64,000 bases of DNA from Octopus sinensis (Eukaryota): NCBI RefSeq assembly GCF_006345805.1, contig NC_043001.1, positions 22,010,001 through 22,074,000 on the forward strand, in the 5' to 3' direction. The translations under genes were made by a program, and so were the position numbers. The notes under the pieces are model-generated. The model saw only the letters and a program-made list of their open reading frames with translations. It had not been told where the DNA came from and did not search any database. Shown here in pieces: positions 1-12,344 of this stretch; positions within the stretch are counted from its first letter, which is position 1; the number at the start of each line of letters is the position of its first letter.

Positions 1-667
1 CTTATATCTCCAAATTCTAATATTTGGTGGTAAATGTTGAAACAAAGTTTTAACTGCTGTATTTCAAGATAAGTAACTTAAAAGAATATGAGAAAGACTT
101 TACAGGGGCAGGGTCTTATCTTGCAAGTTGCTTGGTGACCTCATTAATGACAATGCCATGTAAAATGTACCCAGTGCACTCTGTAAATTTGACTGGTTTT
201 AGGAGAGGCTTGTAGCCATAGAAACAAACATTGGAGCTTGGCACAGCCCTTTGGCTCATTGGCTTCTGTCAAACTTTTCTAACCCATGCTAGCATGAAAA
301 ATGGACATTAGATGATGATGGTGAGAAAAGTTAGTCCACATTACTCCATAAGAAATATAGTTGTGACCATTTCATACCAGTGGATATGATTTGGGGCTAC
401 CTCCTTGATTTCAGACCAAGGGAGAATGATTGCTTCTGCTTCATCCTCCATGCCAACAATGCTGAAGAAACGTAAATTACAGGAGAAAATGAGGTGTGTG
501 TAAAACATCAGGTTGTAGACGTACAGTCTGGCGGAATAACATTCGTAAGACATGAATAAATTCAGTTGCACTTACTTCAATTTAAAGGTTTTTTCAAGTT
601 GGAGGTGATGTCAGTTCCATTATACAATACAATGTGAGTCAAATGTCATAATGTAGATATAAATTTT

Positions 668-856
668 TTGGCGTTAGGAAGGGCATCCTTGGCGTTAGGA
701 AGGGCATCCTGGCGTTAGGAAGGGCATCCAGCTGTAGAAACACTGCCAGATCTGACTGGGCCTGGTGGAGCCTTCGGGCTTCCCAGACCCCAGTTGAACC
801 GTCCAACCCATGCTAGCATTGAAAGCGGACGTTAACGATGATGATGAGGATGATGA
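668..856 (+). mobile_element. SINE family C (RTE-type (TGA)n tail), 5'-truncated
   Basis: ttggcgttaggaagggcatccagctgtagaaac ... aacccatgctagcat ... gttaacgatgatgatg; same motif recurs about 20 times in the window. Confidence 0.85.
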
Positions 857-899
857 AATCTTACTTTAGACATCAGTTTCAGCAAACAAGGTAACAACG

Positions 900-1220
900 A
901 TATAAGCTTCATAACAGCTTTAAAATAAACGAAGATGAATGTCAGATGGAGAAGAGGGAAATTGCTCCAGAGTGGTTAAAGCAACTTTGGCTTAATAGTC
1001 ATAATGACTAAAATAGTACCAAGTTAAACTTCCATGCTCTGTTAAAAGTGATAGAAGGAGCAGCTGGAAAATACATAGTCGACAGTTCAATGTCTTCACA
1101 GCAACTGACTGAACTTTTAGTCTTGGATGTGCCTTAGACTTGGGCGGAAGTTGATGTTTGAATTTTTGCAATGCTAACCTTAACTGGTCAGTGCCTGTCT
1201 CAAACAACTAACTCATGCTA
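900..1220 (-). mobile_element. Possible decayed RTE-like LINE fragment (EN-RT linker)
   Basis: Minus-strand LRLALQKFKHQLPPKSKAHPRLKVQSVAV resembles RTE linker sequence; weak. Confidence 0.3.
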
Positions 1221-2044
1221 CAGTAAAAAAAAAAAAAAAAAAAAAAAATCATTTCTTACTACAAGGTTATCCAACTTTCCTCTTTCCTTCAGGTTGCCAA
1301 TCTAACACTTGTCTTGCATTGCTTCTTGGTGATCTCCTTAGAGTGTGATCGTTCCAGCCCCGTTTCCTTTTCAGAATTTCTTGGTTGATGAGAGTCTGGT
1401 TCATTCTATCTCACAAACTTCTGTCTGAAATTTCATCTAGTCACTGGCAAAGGTCTGTAGCTTACTCTTTATAGCTTTGGTGACCCTCCAAGTTTCTGAC
1501 CCTGATTAGGAAACCATTGTACAAAATTAGTTTCTCTATTAATTTGTTGGAGGTTTTTTTTTCCCCTGCAAACATGCAAAGAAGGAGTTGTAAAATACCA
1601 TCTGGTAAAAGGTGGCACTGAGTTACAAAGATTTGAGAACCATTGACTTCAGTGTAGAAATTATTCAAAATGAATATGTTTGAATTATAATTCTCTGCTA
1701 GGTTAAATTTAAAAGTATTTCAATATCAGAAATGGAATTTTAAAGATTTTAGTTGGGGTTTGAGTAGCACATACTTTTTTAATGAGTAAACAGTCTAAAA
1801 ACATATCAGTATCCAGAAATATTCTGTTGTCAGATATTTGGTTGTAATTGTCATGTTAATATTTGGATTAATAAGCAACACACAGTAAAGTATGTTTAGT
1901 TATGTGTGTATCTGGTCTTAAAAATTTAATGAAAACATGAATCCAACTTCAGCATTGAACTACAAGGTTCACCAAGGGAAGTAATCATAACTCTGTAAAA
2001 ACTCTGCAAAAGCATTTCATATATTCATTTAATATATACTTATT

Positions 2045-2280
2045 GGAAGGCAGCAAGCTGGCAGAAACGTTAGCATGTCGGGCGAAATGCTTAGCACTAT
2101 TTTGTCTGCCGCTACGTTCTGAGTTCAAATTCCGCCGAGGCCGACTTTGCCTTTCATCCTTTCGGGGTCGATTAAATAAGTACCAGTTACACACTGGGAT
2201 CGATATAATTGACTTAATCCGTTTGTCTGTCTTTGTTTGTCCTCTCTGCGTTTAGCCCCTTGTGGGTAGTAAAGAAATAG
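2045..2280 (+). mobile_element. SINE family B (tRNA-like head, Meta-domain-like core)
   Basis: Head with B-box-like gagttcaaattcc, core gactttgcctttcatcctttcggggtcga..aagtaccag, tail ccccttgtgggtagtaaagaaata; multicopy. Confidence 0.85.
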
Positions 2281-2802
2281 AAATGTTAGTCCTGTTGCAG
2301 ACGCAGGGTCTTCCAGCAGCCACCCTCTTGACCCAGGGCAGCACTACCTCCTCCAGGCACTTGATGTTGGGCCTCCGTGTTGAGTGTGAGGCTATGTGGG
2401 AAGATGAATGAAGGCATAACATTGCCATCACTAGTAATCACTTCAAACGCCAGGATACTTATTAATCCAAATATTAACATGACAATTATAACCAAATATC
2501 TAGCAAAATGCTTAACGCCATTTCACCCATCATTACTTCCTGGGTTTAAATTCCATCCAAGTTAATTTTGCCCTTTATCATTTTTGGGTTGATGAAATAA
2601 GTACCAGTTGAGCACTAAGGCCAATGTAATCAACTTACATCCACCCCTGAAATTACTGGCCTTTTGCCAAAATTTGAAACCAATATATACTAATTGGATC
2701 AGTGTGACAGTACATGGCCTTGTGGTTAGTGTATTATACTCATGATTGTAAAATCATTGTTTTGATTCCTAAACCAGCCAGTGCATTGTGTTCTATATAA
2801 AA

Positions 2803-3284
2803 ATAATAATAATAATGAGATTATTGTATACAGTGCTCAGGTGCACCACAACTTTTCTAAAGTGCATATAAAGTATATGCAGTAATGTACAAATGTCTGG
2901 AAAGCGAACAGTGTACAAGTCAGATACAAGCTTGCGTGTGTATGGAGGGGAGAAAATCAGGTGGAGTGTTGGCGAATCTCAGGAAGCATGGAAGTTTTGA
3001 AGGATGCAGTTCTCTGACAACTAACAACTGATGCTGGCAGTTTGTTCCATACTTCAGCAACTTTTAGCGTAAAAAAATGTTTCCAAAAGTCATGGGAGCT
3101 GTGCTGTTTTCTGACTTTGTAAACATGTCCACGGGTGTTAGACAGATGGAGTTTGAAAAGGTGCTCAGAGTTATTGTTTGTACGATGGTTAATAATTTTA
3201 TAGCTGTCTGCCAAGTCAGCTGCCAGACGTCGGAGTTTCAATGTATCCATGCCCAGGGAAGTAAGGCATTCGGAATATGGCAGC
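2803..3284 (-). mobile_element. CR1-clade LINE 3' fragment
   Basis: ORF 2957-3286 LRRLAADL...TRGH...FFTLKVAEVWNKLP is the CR1 ORF2 C-terminus; 3'UTR and (ATT)n tail present; five copies in window. Confidence 0.9.
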
Positions 3285-4040
3285 ATTTCCTTTCACATTT
3301 CTTCAGTCCACTCAGGTGTAAATAAGTTCCAGCAATAACTGGGAAATTAGCTTTGTAATAGACTGCCATCCTGTCCAGGACGGAGTGTTGAAATCTCACT
3401 CACTTCCACACAATGTAAACTGGATTAAACTCTGGCCTTATTAGTCCTGGTGCTCATGGTAGACATATGCACAAGCAATTGGGTCCATAGAAAGCCACGA
3501 TAGATCCTATCCAGGTTGCCATTTGGTAATTGCATTTTTTGGAGCTCATTTTAGCTATTACCCTTCTTTAATGTATGCCCTACAAAAGTCTCAGACCCAG
3601 TTATGTTGTGTGCAAGGTGTGAGTTGAATAGATACATCTCCAAAAATGACCTCTGTATAATTGTTTTCGTGCCACAATATGGAAGGCTAGAGTTAGGAAG
3701 TAAATTATGAATCCCTATTCTTCCATCATATTTTCCTCTTAGCAGGGTACATTACTCTGTTTATTCTTGTTGCTGTTATTTTAGGTTCCAGTTGTAAGTT
3801 TTGGGGGGAAAATATCCAACAGTAAAATATTTGTTTCTATAATTTCAATTGTAAATATACAAATTGATGAAACTATCCAAATAGTTGAAAATGGTGGATG
3901 TGAATTAAATGAGATGCAATGCAGTTTCAGTTTAAGCCAAAATGGAGTACCACTGATGCCTTCTTTCTCATGAGAACACTGCAAGAGAAGTTCTTGAGTA
4001 CGTCTAAGCCACTATGACTAGCAGCTTTGACAGAACATAC

Positions 4041-4564
4041 TCTTTTGATATTAATCTTGAGATTAATCTTGCTTTGTGATGCAAAATCTTTTGAGATTAA
4101 TCTTAGTTCGTGATACAAAATCTTTTGAGATTAATCTTGGTTTGTGATACAAAATCTTTTGAGATTAATCTTGGTTTGTGATACAAAATCTTTTGAGATT
4201 AATCTTGGTTTGTGATACAAAATCTTTTGAGATTAATCTTGGTTTTTGATACAAAATCTTTTGAGATTAATCTTGGTTTGTGATACAAAATCTTTTGAGA
4301 TTAATCTTGGTTTCTGATACAAAATCTTTTGAGATTAATCTTGGTTTGTGATACAAAATCTTTTGAGATTAATCTTGGTTTCTGATACAAAATCTTTTGA
4401 GATTAATCTTGGTTTGTGATACAAAATCAGTTGAGATTAACCTTGGTTTGTGATACAAAATCTTTTGAGATTAATCTTGGTTTGTGATACAAAATCTTTT
4501 GAGATTAATCTTGGTTTGTGATGCAAAATCTTTTGAGATTAATCTTGGTTTGTCATACAAAATC
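4041..4564. repeat. 34-bp minisatellite, about 15 copies
   Basis: Unit AAAATCTTTTGAGATTAATCTTGGTTTGTGATAC; successive starts at 4083 and 4117. Confidence 0.97.
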
Positions 4565-5674
4565 AAACTTCCTGTTTTAAAGTAATTTGAATTAAAACTT
4601 TCAAAATTCCATGTTAACTACTCTTGCAAACACCAGCATGATAACGACTGAGATATCTTACCAAATTCTTTCATTATTTTCAAAATGATTGAAACAAATA
4701 TAGTGAGAAAAGGTTGGGAGTAGCTGAATGGCTTGTTAGCTGTGCAAGTTTTGTCAGCAAGGTGAGATTTAAGACATGTATTCAGTAAAGAATTAAAATG
4801 CAGATAGGTTTTCATCAAAGCTCAGTTCTCAGCCCCTTCAATTTGTTACAGTTCTCCAGGTCATAACAAATAGTGTAATAGACACAAATTAGAATTTCTT
4901 GAAAATGTTAAAGCCACTGTTGAGGAAATGTATGGTTCGAATGGCTGAAGGACAATTAATATGGGTCAGAAAATGAGACGTTCAATGGATTAAGGTTCCT
5001 TACTTATCTTTTGTTCAGATGTGTGAGATATAATGTGAGTTAGCCATTCATAGTAGCAGAGCAAGTAGAGTGGTTTGGATTCCCCACCCATCAAAAAAAA
5101 GTTTTTTTCAATGAAATCAATAAAATTAACAGATAGCAAGGAAGATAGAAAATTGACAACTGAAAGAATGTAGATGATATATGTAATTTTTATCTTGATA
5201 TTTTATATATGTCTGTATGTAACTATGTAGTTTATTTCTGCTTTTTATATTGCTGTTCATAATTACTGGAAGTATGTGTGTGTATGTATGATATATATAT
5301 ATATATATATAAAATACAAAATGGGACAAGAATGCAAAACATCCGGACAACTAGGTGGTACAAAAAGGGACAACAAAACATCCAGATAGACGATACAAAA
5401 AAACAAGGACGAGTCATTTGAAGCTTTCTATCCTCAGTCAAGAACCAGATCATCCTCGCAATTTCAGCTGATTAATATATATATCATCATCATCATCATT
5501 GTTTAACGTCCGCTTTCCATGCTAACACCCACCCTACAATGTTGTTCTAAAATAAACAATCACATCATTGAAATCTCAGTTACAGGAGAATGCATGATTA
5601 ATTAAAAGCTGTGTTATTAAATAAGCTATATTTGATAAATCAATCTGAATATTAAAGAGTTAATAACAATTTGC

Positions 5675-6150
5675 CGAGCTGTACGTGCCTTAAATCTTCA
5701 TGGATGTGTAGGATGCATCCACTTCATCAGATGTTTGGATGCAGAGTTGAGGGTTTGAAAGAAATTCAGGGTGGCTTCTAGGTGTTTCGGCTTCAGTTGA
5801 CCAGTTCAGGTCATGTGGTACTAATACTATCAAAGCAATATTTTGTTTATTTTTAGATCCATGTGTTTGGTCAGTATGTTAGCACTAATTTTGATGGAAG
5901 GTTATGGTATTTGTGTTGGTCAGAGTGATATAAAAAGGTTGATTGCTTATTGGTCATATGGGGGTGATGTTAGCAGGTATAGTTAGGGGATTTATTGTTG
6001 GTTGAGTACTGCACATAGTAGAGTAGAATGTTTTCACATGTCAGGGGTTCAAACACATTAGCAGTAGTAGACTTTATGTGAAAGTAACCATTTTGATGGT
6101 GTTGTGTTACTATTTAGTTTGCATAACCAACATGGTGAGCTGTAGAATAT
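5675..6150 (-). mobile_element. Penelope-like element remnant (ORF C-terminus plus pLTR with hammerhead-like motif)
   Basis: Decayed minus-strand KPP*ISFKPS-like peptide followed by CTGATGAAGTGGATG..CATCCATGAAG. Confidence 0.45.
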
Positions 6151-6236
6151 GTGATCAGAGAAAATAACTGGTGTCTCTTTAACAGCATTAATACCACATG
6201 ACCTGAACTGAACAATAGGGGCCTAAATACCCATTC

Positions 6237-6465
6237 CTTTACTACCCACAAGGGGCTAAACATAGAGTGGACAAACAAGGACAGACAAAAGGATTAAGTT
6301 GATTACATCGACCCCAGTGCGTAACTGGTACTTAATTTACCGACCCCGAAAGGATGAAAGGCAAAGTTGACCTCGGTGGAATTTGAACTCAGAACGTAAC
6401 AGCAGACGAAATACAGCTACGCATTTTGCCCGGTGTGCTAACGATTCTGCCAGCTCGCCGCCTAT
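6237..6465 (-). mobile_element. SINE family B
   Basis: Reverse complement of the 2045-2280 type. Confidence 0.85.
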
Positions 6466-6568
6466 TTAGGGGCCTAAATACCTAGAAGTCATGTTCAATT
6501 TCTTTCAAACTCTCCATTTCAACTACAAATATCTGATGAGATGAGCATGAATAGTTGAGGCAAATTAA

Positions 6569-6790
6569 CCCTTTCGGTACCAACCTGGAAAAAAAAGCTT
6601 CTGGCTCTGTAGTACAAATGTCTTGCTTTCAAAAGTTCTGAATTAAAATCTTCCACCAAACCTTAATCACAATTTATGTTCCTAACACTAGCTTAATGAT
6701 AACTAACTTATTTTTCTAAATTCTTTGTTATATTTAAAATTAATTGAAAGAAACACAGAGCATCTCAAAATAAATACAGTAACAAAAGGG
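6569..6790. mobile_element. piggyBac-like MITE
   Basis: TTAA|CCCTTT ... AAAGGG|TTAA termini. Confidence 0.75.
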
Positions 6791-7031
6791 TTAAATACTT
6801 GTAACTCCAATCAAATGTGTGGCATGCTGGATATTTGATGATGATGATGATGATGAGGTTCACTCATATATATCTATATGTATATCATCACTTTCACCAA
6901 TATCTTCACTGCAACAAGTACATTGTCATACACTATCTCTAATGCCATCATTTTATATTTGTTTTAAAGGATTGATTAAGGTTGTAACTTTACAAACCTA
7001 TGCTTACTGAACATGGGTGGGAACTTTTGAA

Positions 7032-7441
7032 AATAATAATAATAATAATGAAATTATTGTATACAGTGCTCAGGTGCACCACGACTTGTCAAAAGTGTGT
7101 ATAAAGCATATGCAGTAATGTACAAATGTCTGGGAAGTAAACAGTGTATGAGTCAGATACATGCTTGCGTGTGTATGGAGGGGAGAAAATCAGGTGTAGT
7201 GTTGGCGAATCTCAGGAAGCATGGAAGTTTTAAAGGATGCAGTGCTCCGACAACTAACATCTGATGCCAGCAGTTTGTTCCATACTTCAGCAACTCTTAG
7301 TGTGAAAAATTGTTTCCGAAAGTCATGGGAGCTGTGCTGTTTTCTGATTTTATAAACATGCCCATGGGTGTTAGACAGGTGGTGTTTGAAAAGGTGCTCA
7401 GAGTTATTGTTTGTAAGATGGTTAATAATTTTATGGGTGTC
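7032..7441 (-). mobile_element. CR1-clade LINE 3' fragment
   Basis: Same CR1 C-terminal ORF and (ATT)n tail; ends about 40 bp upstream of the 7484 acceptor. Confidence 0.9.
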
Positions 7442-7483
7442 TTGAAAATATAATCTAAGTGCTTCCTTAACAGTGATTTCCAG

Positions 7484-7578
7484 TTTTGCAAATGGCCGTT
7501 CAACAGGATTAATTTTGGACAGTGGTGCCACACATACTACAGCTGTGCCTGTCTATGATGGTTATGTTTTAACACAAG
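7484..7578 (+). CDS. ACTL6A: ACTL6/BAF53 (Arp4) internal exon, 95 nt
   Basis: ttccag acceptor, gtaggt donor; reads (A)[31 protein letters not shown](A), nearly identical to human [32 protein letters not shown]. Confidence 0.97.
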
Positions 7579-7642
7579 GTAGGTTATGTTCTTTGATTAA
7601 TTTAACTGCATCATACGCAAAATAAAACACATTAAAATGCCT

Positions 7643-7960
7643 ATTTACTCACCTTGTACCTCGACTTCACATCTCTCCATCTCTACAAGAGGAAGCCATG
7701 TATTCACCTCTTCAGCAAAACATCTATTCCTGTCCCCACTTTCATAATTTCACATCCTTTAACACTATATCCCCATTCAGTTGAGTGGTTTTGTTTTGCC
7801 TACTTACTCACCTTGTACTATGACTTTACATCTGTCTGTTTGTCTGTCTCTCTACTGGAGGAAGCCATGTATTCACCTCTTCAGCAAGACATCTATTCCT
7901 GCCCCTCCCCTATCATAATTTCACATCCTTCAACACTATATCCCCACTCAGTTTAGTGGT
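7643..7960. repeat. Diverged tandem duplication of about 160 bp
   Basis: actcaccttgtac...gaggaagccatgtattcacctcttcagcaa...acactatatcccca occurs twice in tandem. Confidence 0.8.
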
Positions 7961-8215
7961 CTTGTCTTACACGTACTTGATCTCACTAGTGCTGGTGCCA
8001 CAGAAAAAACATCCATTGGTGTTAAGGACATCCAGTTGTTGAAACCATGCTGAAGCAGACAGGCTTTGGCACAACCCTCTGACTCATTCGCTCCTGTTGA
8101 ACATGACAACATGGAAAAATAGGACATTAAAGTGATGATACTATCAACAGTATTGTTATTTTGTACCTAGAAATTATCTAACAGCTACGACAAATGTGAA
8201 TCATACACATATTTA

Positions 8216-8619
8216 GGATCTTTTCGGTTTGAACGGCAGTTTTTAACATAATTTCTAGGTAACTAAAAATTTTAAACTTCGTATACTGGTAGAATGTGTT
8301 TATAAAACATCTTTTTCTCTTGGCTTTATTGAGAAAATTCTATAGTTTGTAAGATATTTGTTGTTTTTTCTTCAATTTCTGCAATTTCAACCAATCAAAT
8401 ACATCTATTGAGGTAAAAAAACATTTCGTGCCGTATGAATATGTCCCTCGTTTAAGAAACAGATTGGGTTTATTTACATTTGTGAAGAAAAAAAAGATAC
8501 CCTTCCCACTAACTTTAAAACAGATTGAAATGCAATAGATCGATACTAGGGTCATAATTACGGGTGACAATTTCATATGACAACGCTAGAAAAAACTGCC
8601 GTTCAAACCGAAAAGGTCT
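8216..8619. mobile_element. MITE with about 28-bp TIRs (GG-start, Harbinger/Zator-like)
   Basis: ggatcttttcggtttgaacggcagttttt at left; aaaaaactgccgttcaaaccgaaaaggtct at right. Confidence 0.8.
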
Positions 8620-9013
8620 CATATTTACATACACACATTTTCACATATCTATATATACATACACACTCACACACACAAAGTTTTGACCATTTTTATATGT
8701 GGTCCAGATTCAAATCAACACCTGAGTATATATGTAAATATTTGTAGCTATTTGTGTGTGTGTGCTGTCTGTGAAAGTATATCTCTATATACCATTGGTA
8801 GTGTTTGTAGTATGCTTGTGTTCATGCATATTTGAGTAAAAGCAAACAGATATAGATACAGCTATGCATCTATGTTGTTATTACGGGAGTGTATATGTAT
8901 ATCTTATCTGATAAGATTATCTGTATATTTCTATACACGTTAACATCATGAATATTCATGAAGGAAGGTGGTAGTAGGGAGCTTTAGGCTAGAAAGGCAG
9001 CTAAGTCGCAAAT

Positions 9014-9428
9014 CTATCTATCTATCCGCTCAGTCGAAGTCGACTCTCGGTTACTCGTTGGATCAGTGTCCTCCAGTCAGTTCTATCCTGGGCTGCTTCT
9101 TTCAAATTGGCTATGTCCATTCCGGTATCACTCTTGATGGTGTCAAGCCAGCGGGTTCTTGGTCGGCCTCTTCCTCTCTTGCCACTGACCATTCCGAGCA
9201 CGATGTCCTTCTCCAGGGATTTTCTCCGCATAATATGACCGAAATATGCCATTTCTATGCTTGGTGATCTTAGCTTCTAGCAACATTTTTGGCCTGATCT
9301 GCTTGAGAACTTCTCCATTGGTGAGCCTCGCTGTCCATGGAATCCGTAAAAGTCTTCTCCAACACCAAAGCTCGAATGCATTAATTCTCTTCTGGTCAGC
9401 TTTCTTTAGTGTCCAGGTCTCGTATCCA
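9014..9428 (-). mobile_element. RTE (BovB-like) LINE, 5'-truncated, with TSD
   Basis: ORF YFGHIMRRKSLEKDIVLGMVSGKRGRGRPRTRWLD; (TAGA)n tail; 12-bp TSD TAAGTCGCAAAT at 9002-9013 and 9429-9440. Confidence 0.92.
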
Positions 9429-9772
9429 TAAGTCGCAAATATACTTGGTTAAACCGTAGGCAGAAAAAAAAAGATTTGCATGTCCTGCAAATTGAGGGAC
9501 AGAGGCTTAAAGTGTTCAGAATTGCAATGAGAGATCAGACTGAGAAGTGTATTTGGAATGATGAAGGCATGCTTACCATTGACATGGAAGACAAGAAAGT
9601 AGCATGTAAGTGCTATTAAAAAAGGCTGCTGAAGAGGGAGATCACATAGGATAAAGAAACGCTACTTTATGCTGACCCTGCAAGAGACAAGCAATTCTGT
9701 TGATAGCTGTGTGGTAGATAAAGCAACAAGGACATGAAAAGAGAGAGAAAGAGAGCTGCAGGCCTCTCAGGG

Positions 9773-10140
9773 ATAATAATAATAATAATAATAATAATGA
9801 AATTATTGTATACAGTGCTCAGGTGCACCACAACTTGTCAAAAGTGCGTATAAAGCATATGCAGTAATGTACAAATGTTTGAAAAGCGAACAGTGTATGA
9901 GTCAGATACATGCTTGCATGTGTATGGAGGGGAGAAAATCAGGTGTAGTGTTGGCGAATCTTAGGAAGCATGGAAGTTTTGAAGGATGCAGTGCTCCGAC
10001 AACTAACAACTGATGCTGGCAGTTTGTTCCATGCTTCAGCAACTCTTAGCATGAAAAGATGTTTCGGAAAGTCATGGGAGCTGTGCTGTTTTCTGACTTT
10101 GTAAACATGTCCACGGGTGTTAGACAGGTGGAGTTTGAAA
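9773..10140 (-). mobile_element. CR1-clade LINE 3' fragment nested in a decayed RTE
   Basis: CR1 C-terminal ORF (9939-10235) and (ATT)n tail; RTE-like sequence on both sides. Confidence 0.88.
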
Positions 10141-10149
10141 ACTCGGGTG

Positions 10150-11410
10150 TTTGACAGGTGGATATTTGAAGAGGCTCTCAAACTATCTGGTGAGGTAGGA
10201 TACACAATTATCACCCAGATAATCAAGTTATACAAGATGTCATGGCCTATTACACTTACATGTGAGTATCATTGTAAACTATTACAAAGGCAAAGGAGAT
10301 ACCTTAGAGAGATGCAACTATAGAAGAACTAAACTTCTAGACCAAATTATTAAGGTCATAGAGAAAACCATAGCTCAATTGATCTGTGATAGAGCAAACC
10401 TGGTTGAAATACAGCTAGGCTTTGTCCCCAGTGCATCACAAATGTAATCTTCCTAGTGATTAGGAGAAATACCTGGCTAAGAATAAGCCACTATTCCTGG
10501 TTTTCATTGATTTGGAGAAAGTATTTGACAGGGTATAGTGTTCATATAATTTGGTGGGTACTGAGGAAACTTGTAGATGAATGGTTCATGAAGGCTTTAC
10601 AAGCTGTATACAGAATGGAATGATGAAGGCATGCTTACCATCGATGTGGAAGACAAGAAAGTAGCATGTAAGTGCTATTAAAAAAGTGAAAGTCAACAGT
10701 GATGTCAGTGTTGTATATAGTCTGAGTGTAAAAGTTCATTATGGTTCAGCCCTTAATTTGCTATTCATTGTAGTCCTGCTAGCCATCACAGAGGAGTTTA
10801 AAATTATCTGTTCTTGGAATTCCTGTATGCTGATGTTTAGTTTTCATAGCTGAGTCTATAGAGAAATTCGAGAGGAGATTCTAGAGATGGAAACTAAACG
10901 TAGAATCAATAGATCAGAAGAACCTGGCACCTTCAGGGAAATGGCTTGTTTGATGCAGAAAATGAGTTGGTATAAACTGCATATGCTGTACCCAGTGTAA
11001 GCTATTGACTCGTGTGTTGTAAAATCACAGGCAGGCAATCAGAGAACTTCAGTTCAAATGTGATGTGATGGTACATAGTATGAACACAACAGCAATAGAT
11101 TCTCTTGAAATGCCATTCTCTTGAAATGCCCAGATGACTCTCTAGATGTGGTTAATAGCTTTTGTTACCTTGAAAATGTAATTAGCAAGGGAGGTGGTTG
11201 CTTTGAAAGTATTGTAGCCAGAGTAAGGATATATTGGATAATATTTGGATAGCTACCGTTGCTTCTTACAGCAAAGATTTTTTTCCCTTAGAGTGAAGGG
11301 CAGGTTGTATGATGCTTGTGTTAGAATTATGGTGTTGCATGGTAGTAGCATATGGGCTTTGAAAGCAGAAGATTTGAGGAGATTTGAAAGAAATGAAGGA
11401 AGGTGGTCTG
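10150..11410 (+). mobile_element. Decayed RTE-clade reverse transcriptase remnant
   Basis: Frameshifted motifs YKGKGDTLERCNYR, DLEKVFDRV, GSAL, LYADV, FCYL. Confidence 0.8.
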
Positions 11411-11444
11411 TCTATTAGTGTGTGTATACACACACATACACACA

Positions 11445-12100
11445 CTGATCGAAAAAGTATAGGGACTGTTGCTATGGTAACGGAGCTAAAGTATGCAGAA
11501 TGAAGTTGACTGACCTTGAACTCTGTTGTGCACATACACTAAGTTATAACATTCTTGCTCATTTCTGTTGCTACCATACAGCATCATAGTTCTAACACCA
11601 GCATCATACGACCTGCCCTTCACTCTAAGGGGGGAAAATCTTTGTTGTTAGAAGCAATGGTAGCTATCTAAATATTATCCAATATATTTTCACTCTGGCT
11701 GCCATACTTTCAGTGTGGCCACCTCCCTTGCTTGGAAGTAAAGTGATTAGAGTGTGGTCATCGGACAGAGTTACATGTGTCCAGTGGGTGGCAACTCCTC
11801 CATGACAATGCACCTGCCCATTCAGCACAGCTTGTGCAACAGTTTTTGACCAAGCACAACACTTCCCAGGTCCGACAACCACCATATTCCCCAGATCTTG
11901 CCCCTTGTGACTTTTCCCTCTTTCCCAAAATCAAATCCCACTTGAAAGGGATGCAAGAGGGCAACTGCTTGCTATCTCAAAAATGGAGTTCCAGGAATGG
12001 TCCCATTGGTGGAAATGATGCTGGATAAAGTGTGTGGCTTCAGGAGGGGGGCCTACTTTGAAGGAAGTTAAGTGCCAAATTGAAATGTGAGCACGTAAAA
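11445..12100 (+). mobile_element. Mariner element, internally deleted, carrying filler DNA
   Basis: 5' end matches the TIR/UTR of the 48359 element; ORF 11777-12028 LHDNAPAH...PPYSPDLAPCDF (mariner DD34D C-terminus). Confidence 0.85.
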
Positions 12101-12344
12101 AGCACCATTTGAGCGTGGCTGATGTCAGTGCCACCTGACTGACCCCCATGGTGTTTGGCGTTAGGAAGGGCATCTAGCTGTAGAAACATTTCCAAATCAG
12201 ATTAGGGCCTGGTGCAGCCCCCTAGCTTTCCAGTTTGTAGTCAAACTGTCCAGCCCATGCCAGCTTGGAAAGCAGGCGTTAAACAACAACAATGATGATG
12301 ATGATGATGAGTCCTGCTACTTTTTGATCAGTCCTCATATATAT

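Noticed and set aside
4041-4564. CRISPR-like palindromic 34-bp repeat
   Set aside because: Head-to-tail tandem units with no spacers
5420-5460. Hammerhead-like CTGAGGA..CAAA on the minus strand
   Set aside because: Helix II is poor, the GAAA core is broken, and helices I and III cannot be built consistently
1-7483. Upstream ACTL6 exons (VEDWD.., NTRAKRE..)
   Set aside because: No matching frame with splice sites was seen; presumably upstream of the window
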